Assembly (NCBI GenBank): GCA_964016885.1
Contig: OZ024745.1
Span: 71,176,001 to 71,240,000 of the forward strand
Origin: Eledone cirrhosa
Taxonomy: Eukaryota
Length of the DNA: 64,000 nucleotides
Direction of reading: 5' to 3'
In this document: piece by piece, positions 15,301 to 33,300 of the stretch
How the letters are laid out: each line of letters opens with the position of its first letter
Position numbering within the stretch: the stretch's first letter is position 1
Translations under genes and position numbers: made by a program
The notes under the pieces: generated by a model
The model's input: the letters and a program-made list of their open reading frames with translations, nothing else
The model's database searches: none
Told to the model about the DNA's origin: nothing

Positions 15301-18300
15301 CTGTCATCACCATTAACACTACTGTCATCACCATTAACACTACTGTCATCACCATTAACACTACTGTCATCACCATTAACACTACTGTCATCACCATTAA
15401 CACTGCTGTCACCACCATTAACACTACTGTCATCACCATTAACACTACTGTCATCACCATTAACACTACTGTCATCACCATTAACACTGCTGTCATCACC
15501 ATTAACACTACTGTCATCACCATTAACACTACTGTCATCACCATTAACACTACTGTCATGATCAATAACACTGGTGTCATCACCATTAACACTACTGTCA
15601 ACACCATTAACACTACTGTCATCACCATTAACACTGCTGTCAACAGCATTAACACTGCTGTCATCACCATTAACACTACTGTCATCACCATTAATACTGC
15701 TGTCAACACCATTAACACTACTGTCATCACCATTAACACTGCTGTCATCACCATTAACACTACTGTCATCACCATTAACACTACTGTCATCACCATTAAC
15801 ACTGTTGTCATCACCATTAACACTGCTGTCATCACCATTAACACTGCTGACATCACCATTAACACTACTGCCATCACCATTAACACTGCTGTCATCATCA
15901 TTAACACTGCTGCCATCACCATTAACACTACTGTCATGATCAATAACACTGGTGTCATCAACATTAACACTACTGTCATCACCATTAACACTGCTGTCAT
16001 CACCATTAACACTGCTGTCATCACAATTAACACTGCTGTCAACACCATTAACACTACTGTTATCACCAATAACACTGATGTCATCACCATTAACACTACT
16101 GTCAACACCACTAACACTGCTGTCATCACCATTAACACTACTGTCAACACCATTAACACTACTGTCATCACCATTAACACTGCTGTCATCACCATTAACA
16201 CTACTGTCATCACCATTAACACTACTGTCATCACCATTAACACTACTGTCAACACCATTAACACTACTCTCATCACCATTAACACTGCTGTCATCACCAT
16301 TAACACTAATGTCATCACCATTAACACTACTGTCATCACCATTAACACTACTGTCATCACCATTAACACTACTGTCATCACCATTAACACTACTGTCATC
16401 ACCATTAACACTACTGTCCTCACCATTAACACTACTGTTATCACCATTATCACTACTGTCATCACCATTAACACTACTGTCATCACCATTAACACTACTG
16501 TCATCACCATTAACACTACTGTCATCACCATTAACACTACTGTCATCACCATTAACACTACTGTCATCACCATTATCACTACTGTCATCACCATTAACAC
16601 TACTGTCATCACCATTATCACAACTGTCATCACCATTAACACTACTGTCATCACCATTAACACTACTGTCATCACCATTAACACTACTGTCATCACCATT
16701 AACACTACTGTCAACACTACTAACACTACTGTCATCACCATTATCACTACTGTCATCACCATTAACAATGCTGTCATCACCATTAACACTGCTGTCAACA
16801 CCATTAACACTACTGTCATCACCATTAACACTACTGTCATCACCATTAACACTACTGTCATCACCATTATCACTACTGTCATCACCATTAACACTACTGT
16901 CATCACCATTAACACTACTGTCAACACCATTAACACTACTGTCATCACCATTAACACTACTGTCATCACCATTAACACTACTGTCATCACCATTAACACT
17001 ACTGTCATCACCATTAACACTACTGTCAACACCATTAACACAACTGTCATTGCCATTAACACTACTGTCATCACCATTAACACTACTGTCATCACCATTA
17101 ACACTACTGTCATCACCATTAACACTACTGTCATCACCATTAACACTACTGTCATCACCATTATCACTACTGTCATCACCATTAACACTACTGTCAACAC
17201 CATTAACACTACTGTCATCACCATTAACACTACTGTCATCACCATTAACACTACTGTCATCAGCATTAACACTACTGTCACCACCATTAACACTACTGTC
17301 ATCACCATTAACACTACTGTCATCACCATTAACACTACTGTCATCACCATTAACACTACTGTCATCACCATTAACACTACTGTCATCACCATTAACACTG
17401 CTGTCAACACCATTAACACTACTGTCATCACCATTAACACTACTGTCATCACCATTAACACTACTGTCAACACCATTAACACTACTGTCATCACCATTAA
17501 CACTGCTGTCAACACCATTAACACTGCTGTCATCACCATTAACACTGATGTCATCACCATTAACACTACTGGCATCACCATTAACAGTACTGTCAACACC
17601 ATTAACACTGCTGCCATCACCATTAACACTGCTGTCAACACCATTAACACTACTGTCATCACCATTAACACTACTGTCAACACCATTAACACTACTGTCA
17701 TCACAATTAACACTACTGTCATCACCATTAACACTACTGTCATCACCATTAACACTACTGTCATCACCATTAACACTACTGTCAACACTATTAACACTAC
17801 TGTCATCACCATTATCACTACTGTCATCACTATTAACACTGCTGTCATCACCATTAACACTGCTGTCAACACCATTAACACTACTGTCATCACCATTAAC
17901 ACTACTGTCATCACCATTAACACTACTGTCAACACCATTAACACTACTGTCATCACCATTAACACTGCTGTCAACACCATTAACACTGCTGTCATCACCA
18001 TTAACACTACTGTCATCACCATTAACACTACTGTCATCACCATTAACACTGCTGTCATCACCATTAACACTGCTGTCATCACCATTAACACTACTGTCAT
18101 CACCATTATCACTACTGTCATCACCATTAACACTACTGTCATCACCATTAACACTACTGTCAACACCATTATCACTACTGTCGTCACCATTAACACTATT
18201 GTCATCACCATTAACACTACTGTCATCACCATTAACACTACTGTCATCACCATTAACACTACTGTCATCACCATTAACACTACTGTCATCACCATTAACA

Positions 18301-21300
18301 CTACTGTCATCACCATTAACACTACTGTCATCACCATTAACACTACTGTCATCACCATTAACACTACTGTCATCACCATTAACACTGCTGTCACCACCAT
18401 TAACACTACTGTCATCACCATTAACACTACTGTCATCACCATTAACACTACTGTCATCACCATTAACACTACTGTCATCACCATTAACACTACTGTCATC
18501 ACCATTAACACTGCTGTCACCACCATTAACACTACTGTCATCACCATTAACACTACTGTCATCACCATTAACACTACTGTCATCACCATTAACACTGCTG
18601 TCAACACAATTAACACTACTGTCATCACCATTAACACTACTGTCATCACCATTAACACTACTGTCAACACCATTAACACTACTGTCATCACCATTAACAC
18701 TGCTGTCAACACCATTAACACTGCTGTCATCACCATTAACACTGCTGTCATCACCATTAACACTACTGTCATCACCATTAACACTACTGTCATCACCATT
18801 AACGCTACTGCCATCACTATTAACAATGCTGTCAACACCATTAACACTACTGTCATCACCATAAACACTACTGTCAACACTATTAACACTACTGTCATCA
18901 CCATTATCACTACTGTCATCACCATTAACACTACTGTCAACACCATTAACACTACTGTCATCACCATTAACACTGCTGTCAACACCATTAACACTGCTGT
19001 CATCACCATTAACACTTCTGTCATCACCATTAACACTACTGTCAACACCATTAACACTACTGTCATCACCATTAACACTGCTGTCAACACCATTAACACT
19101 GCTGTCACCACCATTAACACTACTGTCATCACCATTAACACTACTGTCATCACAATTAACACTAATGTCATCACCATTAACACTACTGTCATCACCATTA
19201 ACGCTACTGTCATCACCATTAACACTGCTGTCATCACTATTAACACTACTGTCATCACTATTAACACTACTGTCATCACCATTAACACTACTGTCAACAC
19301 CATTAACACTACTGTCATCACCATTAACACTGCTGTCAACAGCATTAACACTGCTGTCATCACCATTAACACTACTGTCATCACCATTAACACTGCTGTC
19401 AACACCATTAACACTACTGTCATCACCATTAACACTGCTGTCATCACCATTAACACTACTGTCATCACCATTAACACTACTGTCATCACCATTAACACTG
19501 TTGTCATCACCATTAACACTGCTGTCATCACCATTAACACTGCTGACATCACCATTAACACTACTGCCATCACCATTAACACTGCTGCCATCACCATTAA
19601 CACTGCTGCCATCACCATTAACACTACTGTCATCATCAATAACACTGCTGTCATCAACATTAACACTACTGTCATCACCATTAACACTGCTCTCATCACC
19701 ATTAACACTGCTGTCATCACAATTAACACTGCTGTCAACACCATTAACACTACTGTCATCACCAATAACACTGATGTCATCACCATTAACACTACTGTCA
19801 ACACCACTAACACTGCCGTCATCACCATTAACACTACTGTCAACACCATTAACACTACTGTCATCACCATTAACACTACTGTCATCACCATTAACACTAC
19901 TGTCATCACCATTAACACTACTGTCATCACCATTATCACTACTGTCATCACCATTAACACTACTGTCATCACCATTAACACTACTGTCATCACCATTAAC
20001 ACTACTGTCATCACCATTAACACTACTGTCATCACCATTAACACTACTGTCATCACCATTATCACTACTGTCATCACCATTAACACTGCTGTCAACACCA
20101 TTAACACTACTGTCATCACCATTAACACTACTGTCATCACCATTAACACTACTGTCATCACCATTAACACTGCTGTCATCACCATTAACACTGCTGTCAA
20201 CACCATTAACACTACTGTCATCACCATTAACACTACTGACATCACCATTAACACTAGTGTCATCACCATTAACACTGCTGTCATCACCATTAACACTACT
20301 GTCATCACCATTAACACTACTGTCATCACAATTAACACTAATGTCATCACCATTAACACTACTGTCATCACCATTAACACTACTGTCATCACCATTAACA
20401 CTACTGTCATCACCATTAACACTACTGTCAACACCATTAACACTGCTGTCATCACTATTAACACTACTGTCATCACCATTAACACTACTCTCATCACCAT
20501 TAATACTACTGTCATCACCATTAACACTGCTGTCAACACCATTAACACTACTGTCATCACCATTAACACTACTGTCATCACCATTAACACTACTGTCATC
20601 ACCATTAACACTACTGTCATCACCATTAACACTACTGTCAACACCATTAACACTACTGTCAACACCATTAACACTACTGTCATCACCATTAACACTGCTG
20701 TCAACACCATTAACACTGCTGTCATCACCATTAACACTGCTGTCAACACCATTAACACTACTGTCACCACCATTAACACTACTGTCATCACCATTAACAC
20801 TACTGTCATCACCATTAACGTTACTGTCATCACCATTAACACTGCTGTCATCACTATTAACACTACTGTCATCACTATTAACACTACTGTCATCACCATT
20901 AACACTACTGTCAACACCATTAACCCTACTGTCATCACCATTAACACTGCTGTCAACAGCATTAACACTGCTGTCATCACCATTAACACTACTGTCATCA
21001 CCATTAATACTGCTGTCAACACCATTAACACTACTGTCATCACCATTAACACTACTGTCAACACCATTAACACTACTGTCATCACCATTAACACTGCTGT
21101 CAACACCATTAACACTGCTGTCATCACCATTAACACTACTGTCATCACCATTAACACTACTGTCATCACCATTAACGCTACTGTCATCACCATTAACACT
21201 GCTGTCATCACTATTAACACTACTGTCATCACTATTAACACTACTGTCATCACCATTAACACTACTGTCAACACCATTAACACTACTGTCATCACCATTA

Positions 21301-24300
21301 ACACTGCTGTCAACAGCATTAACACTGCTGTCATCGCCATTAACACTACTGTCATCACCATTAATACTGCTGTCAACACCATTAACACTACTGTCATCAC
21401 CATTAACACTGCTGTCATCACCATTAACACTACTGTCATCACCATTAACACTACTGTCATCACCATTAACACTGTTGTCATCACCATTAACACTGCTGTC
21501 ATCACCATTAACACTGCTGACATCACCATTAACACTACTGCCATCACCATTAACACTGCTGTCATCATCATTAACACTGCTGCCATCACCATTAACACTA
21601 CTGTCATGATCAATAACACTACTGTCATCACCATTAACACTACTGTTATCACCATTATCACTACTGTCATCACCATTAACACTACTGTCATCACCATTAA
21701 CACTACTGTCATCACCATTAACACTACTGTCATCACCATTAACACTACTGTCATCACCATTAACACTACTGTCAACACCATTAACACTACTGTCATCAAC
21801 ATTAACACTACTGTCATCACCATTAACACTGCTGTCATCGCCATTAACACTGCTGTCATCACAATTAACACTGCTGTCAACACCATTAACACTACTGTCA
21901 TCACCAATAACACTGATGTCATCACCATTAACACTACTGTCAACACCACTAACACTGCTGTCATCACCATTAACACTACTGTCAACACCATTAACACTAC
22001 TGTCATCACCATTAACACTGCTGTCATCACCATTAACACTACTGTCATCACCATTAACACTACTGTCATCACCATTAACACTACTGTCAACACCATTAAC
22101 ACTACTGTCATCACCATTAACACTGCTGTCATCACCATTAACACTAATGTCATCACCATTAACACTACTGTCATCACCATTAACACTACTGTCATCACCA
22201 TTAACACTACTGTCATCACCATTAACACTACTGTCATCACCATTAACACTACTGTCATCACCATTAACACTACTGTTATCACCATTATCACTACTGTCAT
22301 CACCATTAACACTACTGTCATCACCATTAACACTACTGTCATCACCATTAACACTACTGTCATCACCATTAACACTACTGTCATCACCATTAACACTACT
22401 GTCATCACCATTATCACTACTGTCATCACCATTAACACTACTGTCATCACCATTATCACAACTGTCATCACCATTAACACTACTGTCATCACCATTAACA
22501 CTACTGTCATCACCATTAACACTACTGTCATCACCATTAACACTACTGTCAACACTACTAACACTACTGTCATCACCATTATCACTACTGTCATCACCAT
22601 TAACACTGCTGTCATCACCATTAACACTGCTGTCAACACCATTAACACTACTGTCATCACCATTAACACTACTGTCATCACCATTAACACTACTGTCATC
22701 ACCATTATCACTACTGTCATCACCATTAACACTACTGTCATCACCATTAACACTACTGTCAACACCATTAACAGTACTGTCATCACCATTAACACTACTG
22801 TCATCACCATTAACACTGCTGTCAACACCATTAACACTACTGTCATCACCATTAACACTACTGTCATCACCATTAACACTACTGTCATCACCATTATCAC
22901 TACTGTCATCACCATTAACACTAGTGTCATCACCATTAACACTGCTGTCATCACCATTAACACAACTGTCATTACCATTAACACTACTGTCATCACCATT
23001 AACACTACTGTCATCACCATTAACACTACTGTCATCACCATTAACACTACTGTCATCACCATTAACACTACTGTCATCACCATTATCACTACTGTCATCA
23101 CCATTAACACTACTGTCAACACCATTAACACTACTGTCATCACCATTAACACTACTGTCATCACCATTAACACTACTGTCATCAGCATTAACACTACTGT
23201 CATCACCATTAACACTACTGTCATCACCATTAACACTACTGTCAACACCATTAACACAACTGTCATCACCATTAACACTACTGTCATCACCATTAACACT
23301 ACTGTCATCACCATTAACACTACTGTCATCATCATTAACACTACTGTCATCACCATTAACACTACTGTCACCACCATTAACACTACTGTCATCACCATTA
23401 ACACTACTGTCATCACCATTAACACTACTGTCATCACCATTAACACTACTGTCATCACCATTAACACTACTGTCATCACCATTAACACTGCTGTCAACAC
23501 CATTAACACTACTGTCATCACCATTAACACTACTGTCATCACCATTAACACTACTGTCAACACCATTAACACTACTGTCATCACCATTAACACTGCTGTC
23601 AACACTATTAACACTGCTGTCATCACCATTAACACTGCTGTCATCACCATTAACACTACTGTCATCACCATTAACACTACTGTCAACACCATTAACACTG
23701 CTGTCATCACCATTAACACTGCTGTCAACACCATTAACACTACTGTCATCACCATTAACACTACTGTCAACACCATTAACACTACTGTCATCACAATTAA
23801 CACTACTGTCATCACCATTAACACTACTGTCTTCACCATTAACACTACTGTCATCACCATTAACACTACTGTCAACACTATTAACACTACTGTCATCACC
23901 ATTATCACTACTGTCATCACCATTAACACTGCTGTCATCACCATTAACACTGCTGTCAACACCATTAACACTACTGTCATCACCATTAACACTACTATCA
24001 TCACCATTAACACTACTGTCAACACCATTAACACTACTGTCATCACCATTAACACTGCTGTCAACACCATTAACACTGCTGTCATCACCATTAACACTAC
24101 TGTCATCACCATTAACACTACTGTCATCACCATTAACACTGCTGTCATCACCATTAACACTGCTGTCATCACCATTAACACTACTGTCATCACCATTATC
24201 ACTACTGTCATCACCATTAACACTACTGTCATCACCATTAACACTACTGTCAACACCATTATCACTACTGTCGTCACCATTAACACTACTGTCATCACCA

Positions 24301-27300
24301 TTAACACTACTGTCATCACCATTAACACTACTGTCATCACCATTAACACTACTGTCATCACCATTAACACTACTGTCATCACCATTAACACTACTGTCAT
24401 CACCATTAACACTACTGTCATCACCATTAACACTACTGTCATCACCATTAACACTACTGTCATCACCATTAACACTGCTGTCACCACCATTAACACTACT
24501 GTCATCACCATTAACACTACTGTCATCACCATTAATACTACTGTCATCACCATTAACACTGCTGTCATCACCATTAACACTACTGTCATCACCATTAACA
24601 CTACTGTCATCACCATTAACACTACTGTCATCACCATTAACACTACTGTCATCACCATTAACACTGCTGTCACCACCATTAACACTACTGTCATCACCAT
24701 TAACACTACTGTCATCACCATTAACACTACTGTCATCACCATTAACACTGCTGTCAACACAATTAACACTACTGTCATCACCATTAACACTACTGTCATC
24801 ACCATTAACACTACTGTCAACACCATTAACACTACTGTCATCACCATTAACACTGCTGTCAACACCATTGACACTGCTGTCATCACCATTAACACTGCTG
24901 TCATCACCATTAACACTACTGTCATCACCATTAACACTACTGTCAACACCATTAACACTGCTGTCATAACCATTAACACTGCTGTCAACACCATTAACAA
25001 TACTGTCATCACCATTAACACTACTGTCAACACCATTAACACTACTGTCATCACCATTATCACTACTGTCATCACCATTAACACTACTGTCATCACCATT
25101 AACACTACTGTCATCACCATTAACACTGCTGTCATCACCATTAACACTACTGTCATCACCATTAACACTGCTGTCATCACCATTAACGCTACTGCCATCA
25201 CTATTAACAATGCTGCCAACACCATTAACACTACTGTCATCACCATAAACACTACTGTCAACACTATTAACACTACTGTCATCACCATTATCACTACTGT
25301 CATCACCATTAACACTACTGTCAACACCATTAACACTACTGTCATCACCATTAACACTGCTGTCAACACCATTAACACTGCTGTCATCACCATTAACACT
25401 TCTGTCATCACCATTAACACTACTGTCATCACCATTAACACTGCTGTCAACACCATTAACACTACTGTCATCACCATTAACACTGCTGTCATCACCATTA
25501 ACACTACTGTCATCACCATTAACACTACTGTCATCACCATTAACACTGTTGTCATCACCATTAACACTGCTGTCATCACCATTAACACTGCTGACATCAC
25601 CATTAACACCACTGCCATCACCATTAACACTGCTGTCATCACCATTAACACTGCTGCCATCACCATTAACACTACTGTCATCATCAATAACACTGCTGTC
25701 ATCAACATTAACACTACTGTCATCACCATTAACACTGCTGTAATCACCATTAACACTGCTGTCATCACAATTAACACTGCTGTCAACACCATTAACACTA
25801 CTGTCATCACCAATAACACTGATGTCATCACCATTAACACTGCTGTCATCACCATTAACACTACTGTCATCACCATTAACACTACTGTCATCACCATTAA
25901 CACTACTGTCAACACTATTAACACTACTGTCATCACCATTAACACTGCTGTCATCACCATTAACACTAATGTCATCACCATTAACACTACTGTCATCACC
26001 ATTAACACTACTGTCATCACCATTAACACTACTGTCATCACCATTAACACTACTGTCATCACCATTAACACTACTGTCATCACCATTAACACTACTGTCA
26101 TCACCATTATCACTACTGTCATCACCATTAACACTACTGTCATCACCATTAACACTACTGTCATCACCATTAACACTACTGTCATCACCATTAACACTAC
26201 TGTCATCACCATTAACACTACTGTCATCACCATTATCACTACTGTCATCACCATTAACACTGCTGTCAACACCATTAACACTACTGTCATCACCATTAAC
26301 ACTACTGTCATCACCATTAACACTACTGTCATCACCATTAACACTGCTGTCATCACCATTAACACTGCTGTCAACACCATTAACACTACTGTCATCACCA
26401 TTAACACTACTGACATCACCATTAACACTACTGTCCTCACCATTAACACTGCTGTCATCACCATTAACACTACTGTCATCACCATTAACACTACTGTCAT
26501 CACAATTAACACTAATGTCATCACCATTAACACTACTGTCATCACCATTAACACTACTGTCATCACCATTAACACTACTGTCATCACCATTAACACTACT
26601 GTCAACACCATTAACACTGCTGTCATCACTATTAACACTACTGTCATCACCATTAACACTACTGTCATCACCATTAATACTACTGTCATCACCATTAACA
26701 CTGCTGTCAACACCATTAACACTACTGTCATCACCATTAACACTACTGTCATCACCATTAACACTACTGTCATCACCATTAACACTACTGTCATCACCAT
26801 TAACACTACTGTCAACACCATTAACACTACTGTCAACACCATTAACACTACTGTCATCACCATTAACACTGCTGTCAACACCATTAACACTGCTGTCATC
26901 ACCATTAACACTGCTGTCAACACCATTAACACTACTGTCACCACCATTAACACTACTGTCATCACCATTAACACTACTGTCATCACCATTAACGCTACTG
27001 TCATCACCATTAACACTGCTGTCATCACTATTAACACTACTGTCATCACTATTAACACTACTGTCATCACCATTAACACTACTGTCAACACCATTAACCC
27101 TACTGTCATCACCATTAACACTGCTGTCAACAGCATTAACACTGCTGTCATCACCATTAACACTACTGTCATCACCATTAATACTGCTGTCAACACCATT
27201 AACACTACTGTCATCACCATTAACACTGCTGTCATCACCATTAACTCTACTGTCATCACCATTAACACTACTGTCATCAGCATTAACACTGTTGTCATCA

Positions 27301-30300
27301 CCATTAACACTGCTGTCATCGCCATTAACACTGCTGACATCACCATTAACACTACTGCCATCACCATTAACACTGCTGTCATCACCATTAACACTGCTGC
27401 CATCACCATTAACACTACTGTCATCATCAATAACACTGCTGTCATCAACATTAACACTACTGTCATCACCATTAACACTGCTGTAATCACCATTAACACT
27501 GCTGTCATCACAATTAACACTGCTGTCAACACCATTAACACTACTGTCATCACCAATAACACTGATGTCATCACCATTAACACTACTGTCAACACCACTA
27601 ACACTGCTGTCATCACCATTAACACTACTGTCAACACCATTAACACTACTGTCATCACCATTAACACTGCTGTCATCACCATTAACACTACTGTCATCAC
27701 CATTAACACTACTGTCATCACCATTAACACTACTGTCAACACCATTAACACTACTGTCATCACCATTAACACTGCTGTCATCACCATTAACACTAATGTC
27801 ATCACCATTAACACTACTGTTATCACCATTAACACTACTGTCATCACCATTAACACTACTGTCATCACCATTAACACTACTGTCATCACCATTAACACTA
27901 CTGTCATCACCATTAACACTACTGTCATCACCATTATCACTACTGTCATCACCATTAACACTACTGTCATCACCATTAACACTACTGTCATCACCATTAA
28001 CACTACTGTCATCACCATTAACACTATTGTCATCACCATTAACACTACTGTCATCACCATTATCACTACTGTCATCACCATTAACACTACTGTCATCACC
28101 ATTATCACAACTGTCATCACCATTAACACTACTGTCATCACCATTAACACTACTGTCATCACCATTAACACTACTGTCATCACCATTAACACTACTGTCA
28201 ACACTACTAACACTACTGTCATCACCATTATCACTACTGTCATCACCATTAACACTGCTGTCATCACCATTAACACTGCTGTCAACACCATTAACACTAC
28301 TGTCATCACCATTAACACTACTGTCATCACCATTAACACTACTGTCATCACCATTATCACTACTGTCATCACCATTAACACTACTGTCATCACCATTAAC
28401 ACTACTGTCATCACCATTAACACTACTGTCATCACCATTAACACTACTGTCATCACCATTAACACTACTGTCATCACCATTAACACTACTATCATCACCA
28501 TTAACACTACTGTCAACACCATTAACACAACTGTCATTACCATTAACACTACTGTCATCACCATTAACACTACTGTCATCACCATTAACACTACTGTCAT
28601 CACCATTAACACTACTGTCATCACCATTAACACTACTGTCATCACCATTATCACTACTGTCATCACCATTAACACTACTGTCAACACCATTAACACTACT
28701 GTCATCACCATTAACACTACTGTCATCACCATTAACATTACTGTCATCACCATTAACACTACTGTCATCACCATTAACACTACTGTCATCACCATTAACA
28801 CTACTGTCAACACCATTAACACAACTGTCATCACCATTAACACTACTGTCATCACCATTAACACTACTGTCATCACCATTAACACTACTGTCATCACCAT
28901 TAACACTACTGTCATCACCATTAACACTACTGTCACCACCATTAACACTACTGTCATCACCATTAACACTACTGTCATCACCATTAACACTACTGTCATC
29001 ACCATTAACACTACTGTCATCACCATTAACACTACTGTCATCACCATTAACACTGCTGTCAACACCATTAACACTACTGTCATCACCATTAACACTACTG
29101 TCATCACCATTAACACTACTGTCAACACCATTAACACTACTGTCATCACCATTAACACTGCTGTCAACACCATTAACACTGCTGTCATCACCATTAACAC
29201 TGCTGTCATCACCATTAACACTACTGTCATCACCATTAACACTACTGTCAACACCATTAACACTGCTGTCATCACCATTAACACTGCTGTCAACACCATT
29301 AACACTACTGTCATCACCATTAACACTACTGTCAACACCATTAACACTACTGTCATCACAATTAACACTACTGTCATCACCATTAACACTACTGTCATCA
29401 CCATTAACACTACTGTCATCACCATTAACACTACTGTCAACACTATTAACACTACTGTCATCACCATTATCACTACTGTCATCACCATTAACACTGCTGT
29501 CATCACCATTAACACTGCTGTCAACACCATTAACACTACTGTCATCACCATTAACACTACTGTCATCACCATTAACACTACTGTCATCACCATTATCACA
29601 ACTGTCATCACCATTAACACTACTGTCATCACCATTAACACTACTGTCATCACCATTAACACTACTGTCATCACCATTAACACTACTGTCAACACTACTA
29701 ACACTACTGTCATCACCATTATCACTACTGTCATCACCATTAACACTGCTGTCAACACCATTAACACTACTGTCATCACCATTAACGCTACTGTCATCAC
29801 CATTAACACTGCTGTCATCACTATTAACACTACTGTCATCACTATTAACACTACTGTCATCACCATTAACACTACTGTCAACACCATTAACCCTACTGTC
29901 ATCACCATTAACACTGCTGTCAACAGCATTAACACTGCTGAAATCACCATTAACACTACTGCCATCACCATTAACACTGCTGTCATCACCATTAACACTG
30001 CTGCCATCACCATTAACACTACTGTCATCATCAATAACACTGCTGTCATCAACATTAACACTACTGTCATCACCATTAACACTGCTGTAATCACCATTAA
30101 CACTGCTGTCATCACAATTAACACTGCTGTCAACACCATTAACACTACTGTCATCACCAATAACACTGATGTCATCACCATTAACACTACTGTCAACACC
30201 ACTAACACTGCTGTCATCACCATTAACACTACTGTCAACACCATTAACACTACTGTCATCACCATTAACACTGCTGTCATCACCATTAACACTACTGTCA

Positions 30301-33300
30301 TCACCATTAACACTACTGTCATCACCATTAACACTACTGTCAACACCATTAACACTACTGTCATCACCATTAACACTGCTGTCATCACCATTAACACTAA
30401 TGTCATCACCATTAACACTACTGTTATCACCATTAACACTACTGTCATCACCATTAACACTACTGTCATCACCATTAACACTACTGTCATCACCATTAAC
30501 ACTACTGTCATCACCATTAACACTACTGTCATCACCATTATCACTACTGTCATCACCATTAACACTACTGTCATCACCATTAACACTACTGTCATCACCA
30601 TTAACACTACTGTCATCACCATTAACACTACTGTCATCACCATTATCACTACTGTCATCACCATTAACACTACTGTCATCACCATTATCACAACTGTCAT
30701 CACCATTAACACTACTGTCATCACCATTAACACTACTGTCATCACCATTAACACTACTGTCATCACCATTAACACTACTGTCAACACTACTAACACTACT
30801 GTCATCACCATTATCACTACTGTCATCACCATTAACACTGCTGTCATCACCATTAACACTGCTGTCAACACCATTAACACTACTGTCATCACCATTAACA
30901 CTACTGTCATCACCATTAACACTACTGTCATCACCATTATCACTACTGTCGTCACCATTAACACTACTGTCATCACCATTAACACTACTGTCATCACCAT
31001 TAACACTACTGTCATCACCATTAACACTACTGTCATCACCATTAACACTACTGTCATCACCATTAACACTACTATCATCACCATTAACACTACTGTCAAC
31101 ACCATTAACACAACTGTCATTACCATTAACACTACTGTCATCACCATTAACACTACTGTCATCACCATTAACACTACTGTCATCACCATTAACACTACTG
31201 TCATCACCATTAACACTACTGTCATCACCATTATCACTACTGTCATCACCATTAACACTACTGTCAACACCATTAACACTACTGTCATCACCATTAACAC
31301 TACTGTCATCACCATTAACATTACTGTCATCACCATTAACACTACTGTCATCACCATTAACACTACTGTCATCACCATTAACACTACTGTCAACACCATT
31401 AACACAACTGTCATCACCATTAACACTACTGTCATCACCATTAACACTACTGTCATCACCATTAACACTACTGTCATCACCATTAACACTACTGTCATCA
31501 CCATTAACACTACTGTCACCACCATTAACACTACTGTCATCACCATTAACACTACTGTCATCACCATTAACACTACTGTCATCACCATTAACACTACTGT
31601 CATCACCATTAACACTACTGTCATCACCATTAACACTGCTGTCAACACCATTAACACTACTGTCATCACCATTAACACTACTGTCATCACCATTAACACT
31701 ACTGTCAACACCATTAACACTACTGTCATCACCATTAACACTGCTGTCAACACCATTAACACTGCTGTCATCACCATTAACACTGCTGTCATCACCATTA
31801 ACACTACTGTCATCACCATTAACACTACTGTCAACACCATTAACACTGCTGTCATCACCATTAACACTGCTGTCAACACCATTAACACTACTGTCATCAC
31901 CATTAACACTACTGTCAACACCATTAACACTACTGTCATCACAATTAACACTACTGTCATCACCATTAACACTACTGTCATCACCATTAACACTACTGTC
32001 ATCACCATTAACACTACTGTCAACACTATTAACACTACTGTCATCACCATTATCACTACTGTCATCACCATTAACACTGCTGTCATCACCATTAACACTG
32101 CTGTCAACACCATTAACACTACTGTCATCACCATTAACACTACTGTCATCACCATTAACACTACTGTCAACACCATTAACACTACTGTCATCACCATTAA
32201 CACTGCTGTCAACACCATTAACACTGCTGTCATCACCATTAACACTACTGTCATCACCATTAACACTACTGTCATCACCATTAACACTGCTGTCATCACC
32301 ATTAACACTGCTGTCATCACCATTAACACTACTGTCATCACCATTATCACTACTGTCATCACCATTAACACTACTGTCATCACCATTAACACTACTATCA
32401 ACACCATTATCACTACTGTCGTCACCATTAACACTACTGTCATCACCATTAACACTACTGTCATCACCATTAACACTACTGTCATCACCATTAACACTAC
32501 TGTCATCACCATTAACACTACTGTCATCACCATTAACACTACTGTCATCACCTTTAACACTACTGTCCTCACCATTATCACTACTGTCATCACCATTAAC
32601 ACTACTGTCATCACCATTAACACTACTGTCATCACCATTAACACTACTGTCATCACCATTAACACTACTGTCATCACCATTAACACTACTGTCATCACCA
32701 TTAACACTGCTGTCACCACCATTAACACTACTGTCATCACCATTAACACTACTGTCATCACCATTAACACTACTGTCATCACCATTAACACTGCTGTCAT
32801 CACCATTAACACTACTGTCATCACCATTAACACTACTGTCATCACCATTAACACTACTGTCATCACCATTAACACTACTGTCATCACCATTAACACTGCT
32901 GTCACCACCATTAACACTACTGTCATCACCATTAACACTACTGTCATCACCATTAACACTACTGTCATCACCATTAACACTGCTGTCAACACAATTAACA
33001 CTACTGTCATCACCATTAACACTACTGTCATCACCATTAACACTACTGTCAACACCATTAACACTACTGTCATCACCATTAACACTGCTGTCAACACCAT
33101 TAACACTGCTGTCATCACCATTAACACTGCTGTCATCACCATTAACACTACTGTCATCACCATTAACACTACTGTCAACACCATTAACACTGCTGTCATA
33201 ACCATTAACACTGCTGTCAACACCATTAACACTACTGTCATCACCATTAACACTACTGTCAACACCATTAACACTACTGTCATCACCATTATCACTACTG